The notes beneath the pieces were generated by a model. The model made no database searches and had not been told where the DNA came from. It saw only the letters and a list, made by a program, of their open reading frames with translations. Position numbers and translations under genes: made by a program. A stretch of 55,046 bases of DNA from a gamma proteobacterium HTCC2207. GTDB taxonomy: Bacteria > Pseudomonadota > Gammaproteobacteria > Pseudomonadales > Porticoccaceae. Positions within the stretch are counted from its first letter, which is position 1. Every line of letters begins with the position of its first letter. The DNA lies in NCBI GenBank assembly GCA_905182245.1, contig CAJJAS010000089.1, positions 1-55,046 of the forward strand. The letters are read 5' to 3'. Below, in pieces: positions 43,308 through 52,080 of the stretch.

Positions 43308-45005
43308 ATGCATAGAGTGCGCGAGGCTTTAGTCGAAGTTTTTATCATTTTCTTGGTTGGCGGGCTAATCGGGGCCGTGCTAGCTGTGGTGTCTAATCTG
43401 TTTGTTATGGGCGTGCAGTACTTTGGTCAGCAACGTGAGGCCAGCGACTTACTCTCTTTTACCTTTGGCGATCAAAGTCTGTCATTTTCTAGCGTCCTGT
43501 TTCTGTGGGCTGCCGCTGCGGTGGTGGTCTTTATCAAAACCGGCCTGGGCATCAGCCGCTGGGCAGGGCCCGCTGATTCTATGTATGCCGCACATCAGGT
43601 GCATCAACCCCTAGATATCAAAATAGGCTTTGCATCTACCCTGGCAGCGTTTGCCTCAGCTAGCGGCGGCGCATCAGTGGGCCAATATGGTCCGATTGTG
43701 CATTTTGGTGCCACCATGGGCATCTGGTTTAAACGTTTTGTCTCGAGCCGTCTATCCCATGAAATCTATTTGGGCTGCGGCGTCGCTGCGGCAATTTCGG
43801 CGGGCTTTAATGCACCTATTGCGGGTGTGATCTTTGCCCATGAGGCCATTCTGCGACATTTCTCAATTCGTGCTATTGCCCCCATTACCGTAGCCTCAGT
43901 GTCGGCAAGTACATTAAGTAACTATTGGTTCCCTCATTCTGCGACCTTTGAAATTGCCTCCGTGGTCCCGAGCCTTGCTGAGGTGGTGCCTTTTTTGGTG
44001 ATTCTGTCGCCGTTTTTTGCCCTGGTGGCAATTGTCTTCATGCTGAGTATTCGCTATGCCACAAAGACCGCAGCATCCTTAAAAACCTCGCCGCTGGTAC
44101 TGCCTTTTGTCGCCGCTACTATCTGTGGTCTGGTAGGCGTTTGGGTGCCACAGATATTGGGGCTGGGCATTAATAGTATTAATGACATGATCGCCGGTGA
44201 GTTTATGCTGTCGCTATTGATCACTGTACTGGTCGCAAAAATTCTTATGACTGCGCTCTGTCTCGGCTTTGGGCTATTTGGCGGCGTATTTTCTCCCGCC
44301 TTGTTTGTGGGTGTTGCGGCAGGTGCCCTGACTGGGCAAATTCTTACACTGCTGGGTTTTGCCGATATTGCCAGTGTTATCAGCGTCGCGGCCATGGCCG
44401 CTATTAGTTCTGCAGTTATAGGTGCGCCTCTATCAGCGGTATTAATTGTATTGGAACTGACCCAGTCTTATCAGTATGCGGTGGCTGCCATGATGGCGGT
44501 GATGGTGTGTACGCTGATTACCAATCGTCTGTTCGGCAATTCCTATTTTGATCGCCAACTGCTTGATCGTGGCATTGACTTGGGCAAAGGTCGTGAAGCC
44601 ATCGCCCTTGCTTACCAAGTTATCGGTCCCTTTGCCAGTGATGACTATATTGGCATCAGCGCAAACATGAGCGGCAATGACCTGCAGCAGAAGATGAAAA
44701 GCCAAGGCCATACTGAAGCCTATGTGATATCGGACGCTGGACAGTTACTGGGCAAGGTAAATATCTATCTAGCCATCGAAGCCGCTGACAATCCTGTGGG
44801 GGAGTTTATGGATAGTCGGCCTATGACGCTTTATACCGATGAGTCTCTCGATGCGGCAATGGTGAAGGTCAGCCAATTTGTCGGCGAAAGCCTTCCCGTA
44901 GTAACTAAAGAAACCGGCGCGCTCCATGGTAGTATTGCTGAAGGAGCTCTTTTTCAGGCAGTGATTGATGTGCAGGCTGAGGCACGCAACCTGGAAAGGA
45001 TCTGA
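43308..45005 (+). CDS. ClC-family anion channel/transporter with C-terminal CBS-like domains
   Basis: GASVGQYGP, GCGVAAAISAGFNAPIAGVIFAHE, GGVFSPALFVG, APLSAVLIVLELT. Confidence 0.92.
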   Translation: MHRVREALVEVFIIFLVGGLIGAVLAVVSNLFVMGVQYFGQQREASDLLSFTFGDQSLSFSSVLFLWAAAAVVVFIKTGLGISRWAGPADSMYAAHQVHQPLDIKIGFASTLAAFASASGGASVGQYGPIVHFGATMGIWFKRFVSSRLSHEIYLGCGVAAAISAGFNAPIAGVIFAHEAILRHFSIRAIAPITVASVSASTLSNYWFPHSATFEIASVVPSLAEVVPFLVILSPFFALVAIVFMLSIRYATKTAASLKTSPLVLPFVAATICGLVGVWVPQILGLGINSINDMIAGEFMLSLLITVLVAKILMTALCLGFGLFGGVFSPALFVGVAAGALTGQILTLLGFADIASVISVAAMAAISSAVIGAPLSAVLIVLELTQSYQYAVAAMMAVMVCTLITNRLFGNSYFDRQLLDRGIDLGKGREAIALAYQVIGPFASDDYIGISANMSGNDLQQKMKSQGHTEAYVISDAGQLLGKVNIYLAIEAADNPVGEFMDSRPMTLYTDESLDAAMVKVSQFVGESLPVVTKETGALHGSIAEGALFQAVIDVQAEARNLERI

Positions 45006-45032
45006 TAATAAGAATTAATCTGTGAGTCTGTT

Positions 45033-45737
45033 ATGAACTATTTTTTACGCCTTATGATTGTCTGCAGCTGCATGGCATCTCCCTTAACGCTGGGCGAGCC
45101 GTTTGAAGCAGGCCTTAGCGCACTGGAGCGTGGGCACTATGCGACCGCGATGCGCGCCTGGTTAAAGTTAGCCCGCAGTGGCGTGGCTGAGGCGCAGAAT
45201 AATGTTGGCCATATGTATGAAGAAGGGTATGGGGTTTCACAGAACTATGCCCAGGCCATGATCTGGTACAAGCAGGCCGCGGAACAGGGTCTCCCAGAGG
45301 CTCAGCATAATGTGGGTATGCTGTATTACCATGGCTATGGCACAGCGCAAAATTACCGCGTGGCTATTAGCTGGTTCAAACGCGCGGCGCAATCGGACTT
45401 AGCAGACTCTCAATATATGCTCGGGCTGGCCTATCATCAGGGTAAAGGCGTCGGACTAGATTATGAGTTTGCCAAATACTGGTTTTTAAAGTCTGCCAAA
45501 CAGGCCTATGCCAATGCTCAGTTTATGCTGGCATTTATGTTACAGGCCGGCGATGGCGGAGACTCCGAGCCCTTTAAGGCTTTGGTTTGGGCTGAGTTAG
45601 CCAGGCGCAATGGCAAAATGGATACCGCCGACATCTCCGGTTTGTCGAAACTCCTCGTTGATGATGAGGATGTCGCAAATGCACTGGTTTCTGCCGATCG
45701 GTGCCTCGAAACCAACTATGAACAGTGTCCGCAATAA
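45033..45737 (+). CDS. Secreted Sel1-repeat protein
   Basis: About four repeats of A(Q)xNxGxMYxxGxGVxQNYxxAxxWYKxAAxQG after a signal-like N-terminus. Confidence 0.92.
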   Translation: MNYFLRLMIVCSCMASPLTLGEPFEAGLSALERGHYATAMRAWLKLARSGVAEAQNNVGHMYEEGYGVSQNYAQAMIWYKQAAEQGLPEAQHNVGMLYYHGYGTAQNYRVAISWFKRAAQSDLADSQYMLGLAYHQGKGVGLDYEFAKYWFLKSAKQAYANAQFMLAFMLQAGDGGDSEPFKALVWAELARRNGKMDTADISGLSKLLVDDEDVANALVSADRCLETNYEQCPQ

Positions 45738-45775
45738 AAAGTGGCCTCTCTAGGCAAATTAATTCCATTATTTAC

Positions 45776-45802
45776 TAAAGAATCTCAGGTTCTCTCCGAT
45801 AT
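45776..45802 (+). promoter_or_regulatory. Sigma28 promoter for fliS
   Basis: TAAA-N15-TCCGATAT. Confidence 0.75.
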
Positions 45803-45832
45803 TAATAGTAAGTAAATATGGAGTTACACCAG

Positions 45833-46249
45833 ATGACCCTGAATAAAAGAGCACTCAATGCCTATCGCAGCGTAGGCGCTTCCTCTGCAGTTTCCTATGC
45901 CGACAGAATCCAGTTGGTGCAGATGTTGTTTGATGGTTTATTGGCCGCTCTGGCTGATGCCGAGGGGCATATGCAGCGCAGAGATATTAGCGGCAAAGGT
46001 GAATCGATTAGCCGGGCCAGCAAAATTATTATTGGTCTGCAGGGCTCCTTAGATTTTGATCAGGGCGGTGAGCTTGCACGTAATCTTAATGACCTTTACG
46101 ACTACTGCACCAGACGCCTATTAAAGGCGAGCTTACGCAACGACATTACTGTGCTTCATGAGGTTCGTGACCTACTAAGCGAAGTTAACTCTGCCTGGGA
46201 GATGCTTCCCAATATACTGAAGGCTGAGCCGGTTGCTATGGCCTCCTAG
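45833..46249 (+). CDS. fliS: Flagellin export chaperone
   Basis: ALNAYRSV, QLVQMLFDG, IIIGLQGSLDFDQGGELARNLNDLYDYCTRRL, SAW. Probable ATG at 45833 (GGAG upstream); ORF open from 45818. Confidence 0.95.
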   Translation: MTLNKRALNAYRSVGASSAVSYADRIQLVQMLFDGLLAALADAEGHMQRRDISGKGESISRASKIIIGLQGSLDFDQGGELARNLNDLYDYCTRRLLKASLRNDITVLHEVRDLLSEVNSAWEMLPNILKAEPVAMAS

Positions 46250-46401
46250 GCCAGCATCCGTTTTATCAACACCCTCGCTCTGGTTTCCTAAAGTAAAGTT
46301 TCCCCGAGGCGCTAGAGCCTAACCTCCTGAGATAAATTGCGTTAATGCAAAAGTGGTAATACTATAACTTTCCAATCATTTTGACTGGGGAGTGAAACCC
46401 T

Positions 46402-47313
46402 GTGCTCGTCTACCAACAACGTATGATGGAAGTTCTTAATAAGGGCGATGATCAGGACGCCACAAGTCGCGCCTGCGATATATTTCTGTCTGCCCTTATC
46501 CTGCTAAACCTGGCGGCCGTTTGCCTAGAATCTGTTGAGTCTATTAATCGCGAGTACAACAGCGCCCTGGTGGCTTTTGAATGGTTTTCGGTCAGTATCT
46601 TTCTAACAGAGTACCTGCTGCGTATCTGGTCGATTGCTGCCGATAATCGCAATCCTGCTAAAACCCCTCTGGGTCGCCGTGCCCGCTATATCTTTAGCTT
46701 TACTGGACTGATCGACCTGGCTGCTATTCTGCCCAGCATTCTGCCGTTGATTATGGGCGGTGTGGATCTGCGCTGGTTGCGAGTACTGCGCCTGGTCCGG
46801 CTGCTTAAAATCTCTCATTACTCTTCTGCTCTGGAGGATTTATTCTCTGCAGTCTACGAGGAGCGTCGCTCGTTTGCCGCGGCACTTTACCTGATGGCCA
46901 TCGCGTTGTTTCTCTCTAGCTCAATGATGTACCTGGCGGAATATGAGGTGCAGCCTGAACATTTTCGCTCTATACCGCAGACTATGTGGTGGTCGCTCAT
47001 TACTCTTACCACGGTGGGATACGGGGATGTATTTCCAATTACACCTATGGGCAAGGTTATTGGCGCCTTTACTGCACTGATGGGAGTGTGCACGGTGGCA
47101 CTGCTAACGGGTATTGTGGCCTCAGCGTTCTCGAATCAGATGGCTCGCCGTGAGGCAATTTTTGAAGCGGAGATTAATGCCGCCATGAGTGATGGCATTG
47201 TTACCCTCGATGAGAAAGAACATATCGAGGAGCTGCGCGAGCGCTTTAATATTCCGGAAGAACATGCCACCGCGATTTTTGCATTGCTCGCGGAAGGCAA
47301 AAAGCGCAAGTAG
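46402..47313 (+). CDS. Voltage-gated-type potassium channel (ion transport family)
   Basis: S4-like LRWLRVLRLVRLLK; pore WWSLITLTTVGYGD. Confidence 0.93.
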   Translation: MLVYQQRMMEVLNKGDDQDATSRACDIFLSALILLNLAAVCLESVESINREYNSALVAFEWFSVSIFLTEYLLRIWSIAADNRNPAKTPLGRRARYIFSFTGLIDLAAILPSILPLIMGGVDLRWLRVLRLVRLLKISHYSSALEDLFSAVYEERRSFAAALYLMAIALFLSSSMMYLAEYEVQPEHFRSIPQTMWWSLITLTTVGYGDVFPITPMGKVIGAFTALMGVCTVALLTGIVASAFSNQMARREAIFEAEINAAMSDGIVTLDEKEHIEELRERFNIPEEHATAIFALLAEGKKRK

Positions 47314-47323
47314 ACTTCGCCCA

Positions 47324-48559
47324 TTAAGAGCCGTTGTTAATAATAACTTCAATGCGGCGGTTTTTAGAGCGCCCCTCTGGCGTATCGTTAGACGCCAGAG
47401 GCTTGGTGTCAGCAGAACCGGTGACATTAATTCGGCCGTCGGATACCGAGGAGTTGTTGAGTAGATAGTCTGCCACTGCCGCTGATCGCGCGGCGGACAG
47501 ATCCCAGTTGGAACGGAACCGCTCGCTGAAGGCCATGGGCACATTGTCTGTGTGGCCCTCAATAGTAATCAGGCCAGTGCCTTTGCTTATCGCGCTACCC
47601 ACTTTATCTAACAGTGGCTTAAAGCTCGGCTGAACATCTGCGAGACCACTACCAAAGGAACCGCGCTCGGCAAGACGTACAATAATTTTATCGCCATCGC
47701 GCTCAACTTCGGCCAACCCTTCGCTAATCTCTTTCGCTAGGTCCATGCGAATCTTCTGAAACTGATCGGCAATCGCCTGCTCTTTATTCTGATTGCTGTC
47801 GCCGGATCTACCATCGGCTACATTATTTGGAGATGCCTGCTCTACCTGAACCTGGGAGACAACCTGAGCCTGGGCGGAGGCAATTTTGGCGTACACCTCG
47901 AGATCATTCTGGGCCACCCGAGCGCCAGCTTTACTTTCACTAACATCACCATTGATGCCCGTTTTAGCCTTTGATTCAACCTGAACCACCAGCTTATTAT
48001 TCTCAATCCGTACACTGACCTTACCTTCGGCAATTTCTTTAGCCAGGGCTTTTTTCAGTACCTGAACATCTGCATTGGTATCAGAGTCCTGTGTCTTGGT
48101 CGCATCCTTTAACACGGGATCTATGGGCTGCTCTTCGTCCGTGGTCTGCTCTTGAATCACATCCATCAATGTGGGATCGACCTTGGCGGTCCTATACTGT
48201 TTGGCAATAATACTTTTAGCTTTGGGGGGCTCCACCACTGGCACCAGGCGCTGCACACCAAAGGCATTTTTCATTGAGCCACTGACTTCCTTGTACTTGG
48301 GTACATTCATCTCGGCAAAAGACAGCAGTAAAACAAAGAAGGCCATTAACAATGTCGCCATGTCGGCAAAGGTGGCCATCCAGGCGGGGGCACCGCTTTT
48401 ACAGGTCGGGCAATCGGGCTCCGGGGCCGGTTCTTCGGGCTCGGGCGGCGGGCTCGGAATTTGCTCTTCCTCTGGCTCTGGCGCAACAACCGGCAGGGGT
48501 GCCTCTTCTATTTCAGAGGTCTCGTCGACTGTTGCATCTTCCATTTCATTCTCGGCCAT
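47324..48559 (-). CDS. motB: Stator B subunit, copy 2 (MotB/PomB type)
   Basis: WMATFADMATLLMAFFVLLLSF; OmpA-like IEGHTDNVP...SNWDLSAARS...NRRIEV. Confidence 0.93.
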   Translation of the reverse strand: MAENEMEDATVDETSEIEEAPLPVVAPEPEEEQIPSPPPEPEEPAPEPDCPTCKSGAPAWMATFADMATLLMAFFVLLLSFAEMNVPKYKEVSGSMKNAFGVQRLVPVVEPPKAKSIIAKQYRTAKVDPTLMDVIQEQTTDEEQPIDPVLKDATKTQDSDTNADVQVLKKALAKEIAEGKVSVRIENNKLVVQVESKAKTGINGDVSESKAGARVAQNDLEVYAKIASAQAQVVSQVQVEQASPNNVADGRSGDSNQNKEQAIADQFQKIRMDLAKEISEGLAEVERDGDKIIVRLAERGSFGSGLADVQPSFKPLLDKVGSAISKGTGLITIEGHTDNVPMAFSERFRSNWDLSAARSAAVADYLLNNSSVSDGRINVTGSADTKPLASNDTPEGRSKNRRIEVIINNGS

Positions 48560-48580
48560 TAGGCTCTATCCCACCGGTTA

Positions 48581-49837
48581 TCAGGAACCATCGACAATCA
48601 CCTCGATACGGCGGTTGCGGGCGCGGCCCTCAGAGGTAGTATTCGGGGCGATAGGCTTGGTATCAGCAAACCCCGCAACCAGCATGTTTTCTTGGGCGAA
48701 ACCAGAATTGTTAATAAAGAAGTCCGCCACGGTGGCAGACCTTGCGGCAGAGAGATCCCAGTTGGAGTTAAAGCGCTCGCTAAAGGCAACCGGTACATTG
48801 TCGGTATGACCCTCTACACGAACCTTGCCCTCAGTCGCCGCCAGAGAATCGCCTACCTGACGCAGTAATTTTATAAAGCCTGACTGCAAATTGGCGCTGC
48901 CAGAAACAAAGGACCCCTGGCTGGCGAGACGCACAATGATTCGGTCGCCATCACGCTCTACTTCTGCCAAACCCTTTTGAATTTCGGCTGCCAGGTCCAT
49001 GCGAATTTTCTGTAGCCGGTCGTCAATGTTTTGATTTTTGGCCTCACCGCTACCCGACTGGTCTTGATCGTTGGCCTCGGAATCCGTTGCACTGGTTTCA
49101 GCACCCTGAGCTAGGGGCTGTTTACGCACTTCAATTTCGGTAGAGGTATCGGCCTGGGCATCAATCACCTTGGCGGCAATATCGAGGGTTTCCTGACTGA
49201 TCGGGCCGCCACTTTTGCTACTGTCACTGTCAATGCCTTTACCGCCGCTAGTGAGCGCTGACTGCAGCTCGACGATGACGCGATCATCTTCAAGGCGCAC
49301 AACAACTTGGCCCTGCTCAATCTCTTCGGCAAAGGTCTCCTCTAACTTACGAAAGCTCTGTTCGGTTTTAAAGTCAGATCGCTTCTCTTCGGTTTTGGCC
49401 ACCACATTTTTTTTGGTCATTTCATCTGAGCGCTGGCGCTTGCGGTCAATAACGGTAGGCTGTGCAACTGCTGGGGTAAATTCTTGTTTAACGAGACTTC
49501 GTGCGGTGGGAATAGAAATAACAGGCACGACCCTTTTTACACCAAAGGCTGCTTTCATAGAGCCTGCAATCTGCTTGTACTTAGGCACGTTCATTTCAGC
49601 AAATGACAGCAGCAGCACAAAGAACGCCATCAATAATGTCGCCATATCGGCAAAGGTCGCCATCCAGGCGGGGGCACCGCTTTTACAGGGTGGGCAGGCA
49701 TCAGGGGATGGTGGGCCATTATTTGCCGCACCTCCACCTTCCGATGGTTCCTCATCGACAGCCTCGTCGATAGCCTCTTCAGAGACTTCGCCAAGCACCT
49801 CTTCAGAAGTGTCGGTTGCTGTTTGCTCTTCAGCCAT
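48581..49837 (-). CDS. motB: Stator B subunit, copy 1 (MotB/PomB type)
   Basis: Same TM motif; VEGHTDNVP...SNWDLSAARS...RARNRRIEV. Confidence 0.93.
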   Translation of the reverse strand: MAEEQTATDTSEEVLGEVSEEAIDEAVDEEPSEGGGAANNGPPSPDACPPCKSGAPAWMATFADMATLLMAFFVLLLSFAEMNVPKYKQIAGSMKAAFGVKRVVPVISIPTARSLVKQEFTPAVAQPTVIDRKRQRSDEMTKKNVVAKTEEKRSDFKTEQSFRKLEETFAEEIEQGQVVVRLEDDRVIVELQSALTSGGKGIDSDSSKSGGPISQETLDIAAKVIDAQADTSTEIEVRKQPLAQGAETSATDSEANDQDQSGSGEAKNQNIDDRLQKIRMDLAAEIQKGLAEVERDGDRIIVRLASQGSFVSGSANLQSGFIKLLRQVGDSLAATEGKVRVEGHTDNVPVAFSERFNSNWDLSAARSATVADFFINNSGFAQENMLVAGFADTKPIAPNTTSEGRARNRRIEVIVDGS

Positions 49838-49851
49838 TAGTCAGCTGAGCC

Positions 49852-50604
49852 CTATGCCGGCACTAGTTTGGCGCGGGCTTTCGGGCTCAGGAACGCGGCC
49901 AGGAAGTCACTCAGTACGCGGGGATTACCGCCGTCTTGAATAAACAGAATGCCTTCAATAATTAACTCGTTGTTGGATTCTTCAATATCTGCCTGATTCT
50001 CTAGTTTCATGGCAATTGGCAAACAGAAGACATTGGCCAGAATCGCACCATACATAGTCGTTAGTAGGGCAACCGCCATCGCCGGGCCAATGGCCTTTGG
50101 ATCCGACATATTACCCAGCATCTGCACCAGACCAATCAGCGTGCCGATCATGCCCATCGCTGGCGCAATCTCACCCCAGGCAGAAAATATCTTTGCACCC
50201 ATGTCATGGCGCATCTTGGTCATGTCCTTCTCTCTTTCCAAAGAGCCTTTAATAATAGAGCCGTCCGCGCCATCGACTAACATCGCAACTGCCTTGGCTA
50301 AAAAGGGATTGGCAATTTCCTGACCTTCGAGAGCGATCATGCCGTCTTTACGGGCGATGGTCGCCAGCTCTACGATCTGCTCAATTAATGTCTCAGGGGG
50401 TTCAAGTTTGTTTTTAAAGGTTTTGGCCAGCACGGCAACGGCGCCCAAAAACTCTCCCAGGGACGAGCGCAGCATAACGACCATGATAGAACCGCCAACT
50501 ACAATCAGCAGGGATGAGGTATCAATAAATGCCGCCAAGTCATCAATAGCCATGATGATCATGCCAAAGGCGCCTAGCAAACCTACAATCGTTGCGATAT
50601 CCAT
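49852..50604 (-). CDS. motA: Stator A subunit (PomA-like)
   Basis: MDIATIVGL, ARKDGMIALE, APAMGMIGTLIGLVQML, IGPAMAVALLTTMYG, GGNPR. Confidence 0.95.
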   Translation of the reverse strand: MDIATIVGLLGAFGMIIMAIDDLAAFIDTSSLLIVVGGSIMVVMLRSSLGEFLGAVAVLAKTFKNKLEPPETLIEQIVELATIARKDGMIALEGQEIANPFLAKAVAMLVDGADGSIIKGSLEREKDMTKMRHDMGAKIFSAWGEIAPAMGMIGTLIGLVQMLGNMSDPKAIGPAMAVALLTTMYGAILANVFCLPIAMKLENQADIEESNNELIIEGILFIQDGGNPRVLSDFLAAFLSPKARAKLVPA

Positions 50605-50674
50605 TAACTTTCCTTAACACTGTAAATAATTGCGATGCTCAGCTGTTGGGCCGAGCGAGTTCTCTATTGGTTAA

Positions 50675-50701
50675 TGATCGACAGTTATGGGTAAATATTG
50701 A
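50675..50701 (-). promoter_or_regulatory. Sigma28 promoter for motA-motB-motB
   Basis: Minus strand TCAA-N15-GTCGATCA, 70 bp upstream of motA. Confidence 0.65.
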
Positions 50702-50947
50702 GCCTGCCGACCTGTTCAATGCAATATTGAGTAAATATTAGGGCAATCATATCAAATCGGGCGGTGTTACTTATTTTTTTCTGCGTGGTGTCGATATACT
50801 CATTGTTGTGAGGTTAAGATATACCTCATATACAATGTATTAAGCGACAGGGATGCTAAAAACGAATTAGTAGAATTTCATGAGAGCTAGGATCGTTTGA
50901 ATGGTTTGCAAGTCCAACTTATTAGATACAGCAAAAGGATATCGCTT

Positions 50948-51526
50948 ATGAATAATAAAATGATAAAGAAAACTGCCCATAAGAGAGGCCTTAGAGGCTC
51001 CGGCGGCAGTCTATTTCGCACAGTCGGATTGGCCGCGGGAATGCTATTTTTGCTCGCCAGTTGCGACGGTTATCGGGTCGCCGAAAAATGTTCCGATCAC
51101 ATACCACGCGGAGACAAAGGCAAATTTGTCACCGACGTTACCGGTATTGCTAAAGATACTGAAACCGGCACGACCTGGTATAGATGTGCAGCAGGCATGC
51201 GCTTTTCTAACTTCCGCTGCAAGGGTGAGACTCTCAACTTAAGCTGGGATGACGCCACCGACTACGCCAAAGAATTTTCAGAGAAGTCTGGTATTACATG
51301 GCGCCTACCCACCAATGATGAAATGAAATCCATTATCGAGTCATCTTGCATTGGCCCGGCGGTAAACGAAAATGTGTTCCCTTCTACTGCGACCAACAAC
51401 CACTGGACCTCAACTGATAGCTGGCACCAAAATATCTTTAAATGTTCGGTTAATACGTTTAATGGCAGCCTTACCTGTCGCCAAGCAAGAGTGCTTGAGC
51501 AGCCCTTTTTATTAGTTCAAGACTAA
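50948..51526 (+). CDS. DUF1566 (Lcl C-terminal-like) domain lipoprotein
   Basis: Lipobox LASC; DTETGTTWYRC, LSWDDA, WRLPTNDEMKSI, VFP, HWTS. Start codon uncertain; ORF open from 50897. Confidence 0.8.
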   Translation: MNNKMIKKTAHKRGLRGSGGSLFRTVGLAAGMLFLLASCDGYRVAEKCSDHIPRGDKGKFVTDVTGIAKDTETGTTWYRCAAGMRFSNFRCKGETLNLSWDDATDYAKEFSEKSGITWRLPTNDEMKSIIESSCIGPAVNENVFPSTATNNHWTSTDSWHQNIFKCSVNTFNGSLTCRQARVLEQPFLLVQD

Positions 51527-51538
51527 TACTGACTGTTA

Positions 51539-51727
51539 TCACCGAGGGGTGGGTTTTGGAGAGAAGCTCAGGCACGCCTCTCCATGCACCCGAACGACTT
51601 CCATGCTGGGAAGCATCTTAGATTTGAATCCCATAGACTCACAGCCATAGGGCCGTTTCGGATCATGGGTAATTTTGAAATATTTACAGGCCCAGCAATC
51701 AGGGCCGGTTTTTTTTGGCTGCGTCAC
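51539..51727 (-). CDS. Small Cys-rich hypothetical protein
   Basis: CWAC-YFKITHDPKRPYGC-MGFKSKMLPS-V-GEAC, four Cys. Probable start GTG 51727; ORF open from 51778. Confidence 0.65.
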   Translation of the reverse strand: MTQPKKTGPDCWACKYFKITHDPKRPYGCESMGFKSKMLPSMEVVRVHGEACLSFSPKPTPR

Positions 51728-51944
51728 GTTTTGGTTTCCAAAACTCCTGATAAGCTTTCCACAGGATAGTAATAACAAACATCACGCCTATCACCGTGGC
51801 GAAGACATCGGTGAGGGCGATACCTTTAAGTAGGGACATCTCAGGCTTCATATAAAGCAGAAAAAGCATTGGCACCGCGATCAAAAAATAGGTGCGAACC
51901 AGTTTGCACACGGCGCAAGGCGGCTTTTTGTTTTGCTGTGCCAT
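51699..51944 (-). CDS. Small two-TM hypothetical protein
   Basis: Strong GAGGAG RBS before ATG 51944; CAVC followed by two hydrophobic spans. Confidence 0.7.
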   Translation of the reverse strand: MAQQNKKPPCAVCKLVRTYFLIAVPMLFLLYMKPEMSLLKGIALTDVFATVIGVMFVITILWKAYQEFWKPKRDAAKKNRP

Positions 51945-52080
51945 CTCTCTCCCTCCTCTCGGCAATCTAGTTTTTATTGATCATCTGTGGTCTTGCTTGC
52001 TGATTTTCATACTCAGCTTTTCAATCTGCTTGCTAAGGCTCTATTTTATGCATATCTGACTCGTGACGCCAAATAATCTT

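Noticed and set aside
45033-45737. Sel1 protein as MotX
   Set aside because: MotX has Sel1 repeats, but this sequence looks like a generic Sel1 protein, follows the ClC gene, and shows no flagellar promoter or motY partner.
50771-50797. Sigma28 promoter for the DUF1566 gene (TTAT-N15-GTCGATAT)
   Set aside because: Good -10 but weak -35, and about 150 bp from the likely start; not enough to call.
51539-51778. Uracil-DNA glycosylase label for the small Cys-rich protein
   Set aside because: Similar short proteins sometimes carry that automated name, but this one is far too short and lacks UDG catalytic motifs.
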